Source of the DNA: Chiloscyllium plagiosum
Lineage: Eukaryota
DNA length: 46,113 nucleotides
Assembly (NCBI RefSeq): GCF_004010195.1
Contig: NC_057717.1
Location: forward strand, 105,524,742 to 105,570,854
Direction: 5' to 3'
A program made the translations under genes and the position numbers. The notes under the pieces are model-generated. The model searched no databases. It saw nothing but the letters and a program-made list of their open reading frames with translations, and was not told the DNA's origin. Below are positions 38,301 through 44,939 of the stretch, piece by piece. Every line of letters starts with the position of its first letter. Within the stretch, counting starts at the first letter, position 1.

Positions 38301-41300
38301 AAAGAACAACACTTCATTTTCCACTTGGGGATTCTGTTTCTGTTCTTCTCATTCCTGAAGAAGGGCCTGTGCCCGAAACGTCGAATCTCCTGTTCCCTGG
38401 ATGCTGCCTGACCTGCTGTGCTGTTCCAGCAATAAAGTTTCAACTTTGATCTCCAGCATCTGCAGACCTCACTTTCTCCTAGTGGAGACAGAAACAGAGT
38501 TAACATTTCAGGCTCAGATGTACATGAACAGGTAAGGTCTGGAAGGATATGGGCTGGGGGCAGGAAGGTGGGACGAGTTTAGTTTGGGATGATGGTCAGC
38601 ATAGACTGGTTGGGCTGAAGGGTCTGTTTCTGTGCTGGATGACTCTTCTTACGAAACAAGTCATTGGATTCAAAACGTTCACTCTGTTTCTGTCTGCACA
38701 GATGCTGCCACACCTGCTGAGTTTCTATTGCATTCTGGGGTTTTTTCGGGGGAATTTATGTTGTCAGGATCAGGGGTAGGTAGTGGGCAGGTTTGGGAGA
38801 AGGTTGACTCAAAGATATTCCAGTGCCCAAGCCTGAACGGGCAACGGACAGTCACAGTAATCCAGAGACCGTGGATCGGAATCTCACAACAGGGAAATTC
38901 ACAGTTAGATTAATCAAACCACCTGGCCTAACAAACCAATCCACCCTCCTTGGTAGATTCTTAACCGCGCTCTGAAAGAGCCTTGCAAGTCACTCAGGAG
39001 TGGGCAGACTCATTAAAGAGTAAAATGAATGCAACTCTACACAGGGACTGGCTCAAAGCAGTAACCTGTGACATGTTTACAGGAAAGCCAAACATCCGTG
39101 TTGGTGGTAAATACAGAATATTCTCCTCACCGTCCCACCCCTCACCTCTATCACCAGCGTAAAGACCACCCTTCCCCATCTGCTCGCGTTCTGACAAAGA
39201 GTCACCAAACACCCTCTCTCCACAGTTGCTGCCAGACGTGCAGAGTTTCTCCAGCGCTTGTTTCAATTTTAACGTACTTGCCTTTCAAAGCAGATAGTCT
39301 TTCCACTGTATTTCCCACACGTACAAGGGAACGCTATCAATAAACACTGCCTTGATTGTTATCTGTAGCAAGGTTTTGGCAACATTGACGGTGAATACTG
39401 GCTGGGCTTGGAGAACATCTACTGGCTGACCAATCAGGATAACTACAAGCTGCGGATAGTAATGGAAGATTGGCAAGGCAGGAGAGTGTTTGCAGAGTAC
39501 GACGACTTCCGGGTGGAAGCAGAGGGAGACTTCTACAGGCTGAGGTTAGGCCATTATCATGGGAACGCTGGAGATTCCTTATCTTGGCACAACGGCAAGC
39601 AGTTCACCACCCTGGACAGAGATCGGGATCTGTACTTAGGTAGGACAGTTTCCTTGGGGTTACAGTGCAATGGTCAGTCAGGTTAATGAAGGATTATCCT
39701 CACTGCTCTCTCTCTCTGTTTCCTTCCAAGGTAACTGTGCCCACTACCAGAAAGGAGGCTGGTGGTATTACACGTGTGCCCACTCAAACCTGAATGGAGT
39801 GTGGTATAAAGGAGGGCACTATCGCAGCAAGTACCAGGATGGAGTTTATTGGGCAGAATTCCGTGGGGGTGCGTACTCCTTGAAGAGAGTGGTGATGATG
39901 ATACGCCCAAACCAGATCCTGCTGTAAACCCCACTCTCTCAGCACTTGTGTCCCACTGCCCATGTTATCACCTCTTCATACTATATTACACATTGTGTTA
40001 CAGTCACCATTGTATCCACAACATTACAAACAACTGAACTACCTACCTAGAGTATACTATGGCTTGAGGAGTTTAAAGCTGTTTCTTCTGTTTAGCCTGA
40101 ACCAGAGAACTGTCCTGAGGACTAAGTTAAAAATCATGCAACACCAGGTTAGAGTCCAACAGGTTTAATTGGAAGCACTAGCTTTCGGAGCGCTGCTCCT
40201 TCATCAGGTGATTGTGGAGAACACGATTTAAGACACAGAAGTGTGATGTAACTGAAACGTTTGCTATAAATTCTGTGTCTTAAATCGTGTCCTTCACAAC
40301 CACCTGATGAAGGAGCGTCGCTCCGAAAGCTAGTGCTTCCAATTAAACCTGCTGGACGATAACCTAGGGTTGTGAGATTTTTAACTTTATCCACACCAAT
40401 CCAACGCCGGCATCTCCAAGTCCTGAGGACAGTAATGGTTAAAGGACAGAGCTCACAACAGTCACCAAATTCCATCCCAGCCTCCCATCTCCCACTGAGA
40501 TCCTCACACTGACAAGCAACACACCATTCTAATATCGCTCATCATTTATTACATTTTATAATCAGCTGCAGTGTCTTTTCAGTGAATTATAGAAATAGAG
40601 ATTTCAGGAGAAGCAACCACCGTCTTGGAAACATCAAGATAATTAGAAGCCAACACGCTATTGGCAGAGTTACGCAGTAACTGTAAGGTGGCTACAGGAA
40701 GTGAACAGGACAGGCCTCATGCAGTTCAATTAAACACAGGCCCCAAAGCAGAGGACTGCTCCATAGTTCCACACTGCCCGGGGTCACCAAGCTGTGGGCT
40801 CTACATGGGAGGGGGGGTACCGGGGTTCTACGAGTGGCGCATTTAACCCTGCAGGCAGATTTGCTACACCCTACCTCAGGTATCTGATGGGGAGACTGGG
40901 TGCCCAATAACAGAATGTGTCTTTAGATTAGATTCCCTACAGTGTGGAAACAGGCCCTTCAGCCCAAAGAGTCCACACTGACCCTCCGAAGAGTAACCCA
41001 CCCAGACCCATTCCCCTACTCTATGTTTACCCCTGACTAATGCCACTAACACTACGGGGCAATTTAGCATGGCCAATTCACCTGACCTGCATATCTTTCT
41101 GGACTGTGGGAGGAAACCGGAGCACCCGGAGGAAACCCACGCAGACACGGGGACAATGTGCAAATTCCACACAGTCACCCGAGGCTGGAATCGAACCCGG
41201 TCCCTGACACTGTGAGGTAGCAGTACTAACCACTGAGCCACCAAACTGCCCACATCTTGTTCTCTATGCCAACATCCTACACCTCAAAACCATCCCCCTC

Positions 41301-44300
41301 CTTCCAGAAAAAAGGTGAACAGATCATTAGGGTAAACATTTAAAGTTCAATACTTTGGGATGTCGATCGTCAGTTGAGGCAATTATCTGAAATTAATTAG
41401 TGGCCCCCATATCCACAAGCACCCACTCCCTCCACCACCCTGACACTCAGCAGCAGCAGTGTGTACCACCTACAAGATGTACTGCAGAAACTCACCCAAG
41501 ACCCTCAGACAGCACCTTCCAAACCCACAGCCACATCCAACTAGAGAACAGGGGCAGCAGACACATGGGAACACCACCCCTGCAAGTTCCCCTCCAACCC
41601 ACTCACCATCCTGACTTGGAAATATATCATCGTTCCTTGACTGTCACTGGGTGAGAATCCTGGAATTCCCTCCCTAAGGGTTTTGTGGGTCAACCGATAA
41701 CACATGGACTGCCTTCTCAAAGGCATCTCGGCCATATGTGCTGGCTCAGGCAGTGATGGCCGCATCCCAAGAGTGAATTTTAAAAAAACAATTGGTGACT
41801 TAGGAAGCCATTCCACCCCTTTGCCTGTTCTGGCATCCCATGAGATTATAGCTAATGGATAACCTAACACTGTTTACCTGTCTTTAATTCCACCCCCCTC
41901 AACACCGTCCCCTAAAAGAAACACCTTCAGCAATCTGAATTCTGATCTTTCTAACCGAGCCCCTTACTGTGAAGGGCAGGTGGAGATTTACATAGCCTGC
42001 GTCTCAGGAAGGGTTACAAGTTATCACTAATTATTGGTCTGGGGGGTTTGATTTTTAAAATGCTGCTTTCAACCCAGCTATCCCACTCCCAAAACCTGTC
42101 TGGAGGAGCTGGCTACTGTACTGACCCAGTCAGCTCTTTCCATTCTATTCAACGCTGGGACACCACCTCTTCATCTTCTATACTTGGAGATATAAGCCCA
42201 GTCTCTGCAAATTCTCTTCAAGTTAACTCTTTCAGCTTTAGTATTACTGCAGTCAGAGTAATAGTCGACTCCAGTGTCCCTGAAACATTTCTCTAGTTCC
42301 CATTAAATAAAATCCATGTCATTCACTCCAATCCCTCCCTCAGGGAGCGGGTTCCACATTCTCACTCCCTTCAAGTGGCTTTCTTGGGAAATATTATACT
42401 GACAGCCTCGAATTCTGCTCTTTCCCACAAGAGGGATATTTTCACACAATCAAAATCTTTAATAATTTTAAAAGGGCCTCAATTAGGTCACGTTCTGTTT
42501 TCAAGAGAAAAGACAGTTAGCCGCTCTCCTGATGTATTCACCTAAGTTTCTGGTTTCACATTTAGAAACCCCCCCTGGGCACCCTCTCCAGTGCCTGGAG
42601 GTAAAAGTGATGACCAGAACCACACTCAGTACTGTCTGCAGTCCTTTCATTCCTCTACTCCACACTTCGCCCACATCATTGACTGTACACCCCTCAGTCT
42701 GACCGGGCTCAGACACAGCAACGCTGGCCCTTAAACCCTTGTATCTCCAGAACAGGCCAGCAGGAGGCAATCACAATTCAGTTCGGATTAGTTGATCATT
42801 TCCAATCCGACCCTCTCCAAGACATTAATCACCATCATTCTGTGTGGGAACCCATCATCAGGATAATGCAACTCCCTCCGTTTGATCATCTACTCACTGC
42901 TTTAAACAAGACATGGCCCGATTTCCTAGAAAACTAACACGGAATTAGATGCATTCTCATCCTAGATATTAATCTGTTAACTCTTTATGTTTGTTTACGC
43001 TTGTGTGCTAGAAAACACTGTAAATACCAGAACAAATAAACCACTTTCTGCTGTAATATACTTTGGAGTTTGGTAATGAATCAGTGAGGTATTGGAGAAT
43101 CTCAGTATGTGTCCGAGTCAACACAGAAATCCCATTTGGGTAAAAGCAGAATGATGTGACGGTGAAACTGCTGCAGCCCTGAATTACTCAGCATCAGAGG
43201 GAGAGAGCTGGGTTTTCATTCAACCCCAGGATAGTGGGAATTAAACTGCAGAAAGAAGGTTGGGCTGTTGGTGAGGAGTGACAGTAAATACTAAAACCAC
43301 AGGACAAACCTGCCACGGGTCACAGCATCACATTCACTAACCACCATCAGTCAAAGGCCTTTCGACAGTTCTCTCTGCATGCAAATTACACAATACACCT
43401 CTCACAGGCAACATCAAACCTCCTTCAAACACAATGCTGACTTCTAACTTGTACTGATGTGCAGTTTGACTGATGTCCCTTGTAACAGCTTGTATTGGGA
43501 ACATACAAGGCTGCTGGTTGGAGCTGATGTGAAGGAGGTGTGGTCAGTGTTGTCTATGAAGTGAGGACCCACACACAATCAGACACATGGTTGCTCCAAT
43601 TCATTCCACACATCGCAAACTAAACCATGTGGCCAACATTACATTGCAGAAACAATAAACTAACACATAGGAATCGTGGATAAGAGAATGTTTCGTTAAT
43701 AGCAACCTCCTGCTAACAGTTTCAAAACTGGCATCAGGCCCAGGGGACTTATCTATTTTCACCTTTTCCAGGATTTCCAACACCTCTTCTCTACATACCT
43801 CTACATTTATTGGACTCATTGAAGGTTTTCAGACTTCAGTAACATTGATGGAGTAAAGTTCAGACGAAGTACCATTTCCAGAATAAAACTGCTCACCAGT
43901 GTTCTACCCCAAGGATCCTGATGCATTACATGTTCACTGTAATTCAAATTTTCCCCAGACAACTCTCCTCTTTGCAGAGATTAGAGGTGGATCTGTGCAG
44001 TTGTGTAGGAATGAGGCAGAGAGCAACAACCTGAAAAATCAGGCTCACTCTGTTCCCAGAGTTAATTCAGCCTGGTTATTTCAAACATGGATCACACAAA
44101 CACATCCTCCTACCTCAAAACAGCAGACGTTTTATTGTTTCTAACACACCGTGCATTAACCAGATGAGGCAGAATGGACAAACACCCATCAGTCTGGAGC
44201 TGATTTCTCCACCGCGAGAATTCTGATCCACAAGGGACAAAGCAAAAGGCAGGAAACCATCAATGAGGGTCACATCAGACACTCCCCTTCCCCCCAGTCC

Positions 44301-44651
44301 CCGGGCTCAGACTGGGGCAGACTCTCCCCCCAGTCCCCGGGCTCAGACTGGGGGAGACTCTCCCCCCAGTCCCCGGGCTCAGACTGGGGGAGACTCTCCC
44401 CCTCATTCCCCGGGCTCAGACTCCAGTCAATGGGACAGCAGGCACCAATACTGAAATATGGGAAGTTTGTAGCAGATCCTGAACATGCAGCCGCCCTGTG
44501 AGAGATAGAGGAGATTAAACTCACCTAAATATGGAATACATGGGGTCGCTTTCAAACTGCAAATATAATTTCGGAGCATTTCATAGTTATCGCCGTTGGA
44601 CGTCAGGGTCTGCAGCTTCTCAAACGTAGCCTTATCTTTCCTGCTCAACAG
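8334..44651 (-). CDS. RALGPS-family Ral guanine nucleotide exchange factor (RALGPS2-like, divergent), 5'-partial; 13 coding exons in window
   Basis: Hand-spliced exons 44651-44525, 21208-21071, 19791-19701, 18971-18907, 18033-17928, 17161-17043, 15139-15082, 14075-14004, 13124-13037, 12172-12080, 11111-11009, 10388-10297, 8363-8334 total 1182 nt, stay in frame and are all GT-AG. Motifs [43 protein letters not shown] domain and terminal NLMSFE* are colinear with RALGPS1/2 as recalled. Confidence 0.92.
8700..10110 (-). mobile_element. Degenerate LINE (CR1/L2-group) 3' portion, interrupted by a SINE
   Basis: [12 protein letters not shown]-terminal motif; same 3' end sequence as 41400-41790 on the other strand; aataaatgctg tail near 8725. 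Confidence 0.7.
9198..9485 (-). mobile_element. V-SINE (HE1-like)
   Basis: Same V-domain and B-box (gggttcgattcc) as the other copies. Confidence 0.8.
10297..10388 (-). CDS. RALGPS-like exon: (G)[30 protein letters not shown] (PH C-terminal helix)
   Basis: Acceptor ttttcaagcag|GG, donor CCAG|gtaagt; 92 nt; Y.F.AG.R.NA.LW.KHL..AC motif. Confidence 0.95.
11009..11111 (-). CDS. RALGPS-like exon: [34 protein letters not shown](G) (PH domain)
   Basis: Acceptor ttttggagcag|TTT, donor CACG|gtgagt; 103 nt; FKS...K.V...GWM....DP..D.FQL motif. Confidence 0.93.
11654..11689 (-). ncRNA. Family A hammerhead motif in a short Penelope-like fragment, sense to the RALGPS-like intron
   Basis: Minus strand reads AUUC-CUGAUGA-A-GGGC UUAU GCCC-GAAA-CG-UC-GACU. 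Confidence 0.6.
12080..12172 (-). CDS. RALGPS-like exon: [31 protein letters not shown] (PH domain)
   Basis: Acceptor tgtccccag|GTC, donor CCAG|gtcagt; 93 nt, phase 0-0; WT.YW..L...L.YY.AKSL motif. Missed by the ORF track. Confidence 0.95.
13037..13124 (-). CDS. RALGPS-like exon: [29 protein letters not shown] (PH domain start)
   Basis: Acceptor gtacctag|A, donor AACG|gtaatg; 88 nt; TIQ..LRRKT.LK..KKPT motif. Confidence 0.9.
13560..13667. repeat. Minisatellite (ggggtttcagtacctga core) running into an N gap
   Basis: Three copies at ~38-45 nt spacing before the gap at 13668. Confidence 0.7.
13668..13953. other. Assembly gap (286 N)
   Basis: N run. Confidence 1.
14004..14075 (-). CDS. RALGPS-like exon: [23 protein letters not shown](R)
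   Basis: Acceptor tgtttccatag|T, donor CGAG|gtacgt; 72 nt, symmetric phase 2-2; Y.SLG.VT resembles RALGPS2 LYHSLGPVT. Confidence 0.8.
14330..14920 (+). mobile_element. Degenerate CR1 3' fragment
   Basis: [24 protein letters not shown] and LDRVD motifs. Confidence 0.7.
15082..15139 (-). CDS. RALGPS-like linker exon: (A)[18 protein letters not shown](R)
   Basis: Acceptor ttcttgttcccag|CC, donor AACG|gtgagc; 58 nt, phase 1 to 2; ends in FER like the corresponding RALGPS2 segment. Confidence 0.75.
15495..16178 (+). mobile_element. Possible solo LTR
   Basis: Begins TGT and ends ACA, with internal AATAAA at ~16042 and composition distinct from its flanks; no target-site duplication found. Confidence 0.35.
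16390..16630 (+). mobile_element. DeuSINE-like fragment
   Basis: gagatgttaaac...cctcaaccaaca...atcttgctgtgcg...cattggctttgggacgt resembles the recalled Deu-domain consensus. Confidence 0.55.
17043..17161 (-). CDS. RALGPS-like linker exon: [39 protein letters not shown]
   Basis: Long pyrimidine tract then ttggcag|A, donor AAGG|gtgagt; 119 nt; SATFP and R.LLDDS motifs conserved in RALGPS1/2. Confidence 0.88.
17928..18033 (-). CDS. RALGPS-like linker exon: (G)[34 protein letters not shown](K)
   Basis: Acceptor tcttttcctcag|GC, donor TACAA|gtgagt; 106 nt, phase 1 to 2; [10 protein letters not shown] aligns with RALGPS2 GHRKCHSLGY (recalled). Confidence 0.8.
18070..18725 (+). mobile_element. Rex1/Babar-like LINE 3' end interrupted by a V-SINE (18386-18638, minus)
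   Basis: Degenerate [10 protein letters not shown] / [13 protein letters not shown] Rex1 C-terminal text and tail; V-SINE head ggcacggtggctcagtggttagc on minus. Confidence 0.55.
18907..18971 (-). CDS. RALGPS-like exon: (R)[21 protein letters not shown](G)
   Basis: Acceptor tctttctacag|A, donor CAAG|gtgaat; 65 nt; LSL.IEP is the motif ending the CDC25 domain. Confidence 0.9.
19209..19500 (-). mobile_element. V-SINE (HE1-like)
   Basis: V-domain and B-box gggttcgattcc. Confidence 0.8.
19701..19791 (-). CDS. RALGPS-like exon: (D)[29 protein letters not shown](R)
   Basis: Acceptor gtttgcag|AC, donor ACAG|gttagt; 91 nt; matches [26 protein letters not shown]. Confidence 0.95.
20835..21040. mobile_element. 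Small inverted family B Penelope-like element
   Basis: Arms ~20834-20915 and ~20937-21013 are inverted; the minus-strand hammerhead has GAAAGCCU in place of GAAAGCUA. Confidence 0.7.
21071..21208 (-). CDS. RALGPS-like exon: (G)[45 protein letters not shown]
   Basis: Acceptor tctctggcag|GG, donor TACG|gtaata; 138 nt, phase 1 to 1; continues the [14 protein letters not shown] motif. Missed by the ORF track. Confidence 0.95.
21640..21930 (+). mobile_element. tRNA-derived SINE of a second family (fragment also at ~20080-20220)
   Basis: B-box-like ggtcaaatccc, followed by aaaacccatctggttcactaat...agggaaggaaa...ctggtctggcct. Confidence 0.6.
22510..23900 (-). mobile_element. CR1 LINE 3' portion with internal 124-bp tandem duplication
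   Basis: [46 protein letters not shown]; 22720-22843 is repeated from 22844. Confidence 0.9.
24770..24950. repeat. Degenerate (GT/GA)n low-complexity tract; (CA)n-like tract also at 19843-19910
   Basis: Visible dinucleotide runs. Confidence 0.7.
25920..26220 (+). mobile_element. DeuSINE-like element (other fragments at ~21345-21510 plus and ~24404-24500 minus)
   Basis: ctgaggg...tgtaaaag.tccca...cctggccaatatctatccctcaaccaacatca...tgtttgtggcagcttgc resembles the Deu-domain consensus. Confidence 0.65.
27828..28030. mobile_element. Inverted family A Penelope-like pair (degenerate hammerheads)
   Basis: 27859-27935 is inverted relative to ~27950-28027. Confidence 0.75.
28150..29110 (-). mobile_element. 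Old degenerate CR1 fragment
   Basis: NDL.EG.ESML..FADDTK and LQRDLD RT motifs. Confidence 0.65.
29959..30458. other. Assembly gap (500 N)
   Basis: N run. Confidence 1.
31099..31740 (+). CDS. ANGPTL6: ANGPTL first coding exon: signal peptide [37 protein letters not shown], coiled coil
   Basis: Acceptor tgtgtcgcag|G at 31063; ATG at 31099 (alternative at 31108); donor CCAG|gtaaaa; EVDG..NEVK.LRKE...MN.RVTQLY.QLLHEII motif. Confidence 0.93.
31099..39927 (+). CDS. ANGPTL6: Angiopoietin-like protein (ANGPTL1/2/6 clade, best fit ANGPTL6), 497 aa, 5 coding exons
   Basis: Exons 31099-31740, 32908-33100, 37572-37762, 39369-39639, 39731-39927 total 1494 nt in frame. Signal peptide, CTYTFIVP motif, coiled coil and fibrinogen-related domain are present. 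[19 protein letters not shown] and a split linker exon favour ANGPTL6 over ANGPTL1/2 (recalled). The family call is near certain; the paralog call is moderate. Confidence 0.8.
31985..32205. repeat. GC-rich minisatellite (gtcaccccgagaccctgacccccc core; ~35 and ~21 nt units)
   Basis: About eight tandem core copies in ANGPTL intron. Confidence 0.9.
32908..33100 (+). CDS. ANGPTL6: ANGPTL linker exon: [12 protein letters not shown]...GNEILKDQ...TTKTA(G)
   Basis: Acceptor tttatcaacag|GCA, donor GCCG|gtgagt; 193 nt, phase 0 to 1, needed for frame; PPLV.V.P and NEI..D motifs. Confidence 0.88.
35335..35560. mobile_element. Inverted family A Penelope-like pair inserted in a CR1 3' tail (~35213-35700); similar pair at ~36000-36165
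   Basis: Inverted arms flanked by near-identical ccacatctctctaaa / ccatatccctctaaa. Confidence 0.75.
36430..37400 (+). mobile_element. CR1 LINE 3' end, relatively young
   Basis: Long open ORF2 fragment: [50 protein letters not shown]. Confidence 0.93.
37572..37762 (+). CDS. ANGPTL6: ANGPTL fibrinogen domain exon: (G)PWKDC...[23 protein letters not shown]
   Basis: Acceptor gttttgaccag|GT, donor CAAG|gtgagt; 191 nt; FReD signature [16 protein letters not shown]. Confidence 0.96.
38041..38076 (-). ncRNA. Minimal type I hammerhead ribozyme motif (family A), intact
   Basis: Exact reverse complement of 38351-38386. Confidence 0.72.
38351..38386 (+). ncRNA. Minimal type I hammerhead ribozyme motif (family A), intact
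   Basis: AUUC-CUGAAGA-A-GGGC CUGU GCCC-GAAA-CG-UC-GAAU: perfect stem I and palindromic ACGU; predicted cut after 38382. Confidence 0.72.
39369..39639 (+). CDS. ANGPTL6: ANGPTL fibrinogen domain exon: [18 protein letters not shown]...[25 protein letters not shown](G)
   Basis: Acceptor atctgtag|CAA, donor TTAG|gtagga; 271 nt. Confidence 0.96.
39731..39927 (+). CDS. ANGPTL6: ANGPTL last coding exon: (G)[12 protein letters not shown]...[10 protein letters not shown]
   Basis: Acceptor tttccttccaag|GT after a 91-nt intron; [13 protein letters not shown] and [11 protein letters not shown] motifs; TAA ends at 39927. Confidence 0.96.
40176..40210 (-). ncRNA. Minimal hammerhead motif (family B), intact
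   Basis: Minus strand reads CAC-CUGAUGA-A-GGAGC AGC GCUCC-GAAA-GC-UA-GUG. Confidence 0.7.
40301..40335 (+). ncRNA. Minimal hammerhead motif (family B), intact
   Basis: CAC-CUGAUGA-A-GGAGC GUC GCUCC-GAAA-GC-UA-GUG; predicted cut after 40332. Confidence 0.7.
40923..41253 (-). mobile_element. V-SINE (HE1-like), near full length
   Basis: A-box gtggctcagtggttag, B-box gggttcgattcc, V-domain, tail gggaatctaatctaa. Confidence 0.87.
41400..41790 (+). mobile_element. LINE 3' end (same family as 8700-9200)
   Basis: Shared cagcaccttccaaaccca...ctcaccatcctgacttggaaatat sequence. Confidence 0.7.
44278..44425. repeat. 36-bp minisatellite, about 4 copies
   Basis: cagtccccgggctcagact starts at 44295, 44331, 44367 and (variant) ~44404. 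Confidence 0.9.
44525..44651 (-). CDS. RALGPS-like exon: [42 protein letters not shown](G), CDC25 domain
   Basis: Acceptor ttggttatag|CTG, donor TTAG|gtgagt; 127 nt, phase 0 to 1; PCIPYLG is a RasGEF/CDC25 signature. Confidence 0.95.
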
Positions 44652-44939
44652 CTATAACCAAAAGAACACAAGCTTAATGACAACATTCTGCTTTTATACT
44701 AACCACAACAGGATTACACTCTCACAGCACAATGAACAACAACTGACACCACACAGGAGAACATCAGGTCCATTCAGGGAGCAAATCCCACTGCCCCAGT
44801 CCCTACTGCCCCCACCCCAATCCCACTGCCCCACTCCCGACTGCCCCCACCCCAATCCCAATCTAATCCCACTGCCCCACTCCCGCTGGTGAAGTAGAGT
44901 CTGCTGAGTCACCAGGTACATTTTTTGGGGTAGTGGCAT

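Larger units (their letters stand above)
37983..38479. mobile_element. Young inverted family A Penelope-like element with 14-bp target-site duplication
   Basis: tagtggagacagaa at 37969-37982 and 38480-38493; arms ~37981-38079 and ~38348-38446 are near-perfect reverse complements. Confidence 0.85.
40123..40419. mobile_element. Inverted family B Penelope-like element with 11-bp target-site duplication
   Basis: gtcctgaggac at 40112-40122 and 40420-40430; arms ~40124-40240 and ~40271-40387 are inverted. Confidence 0.85.
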
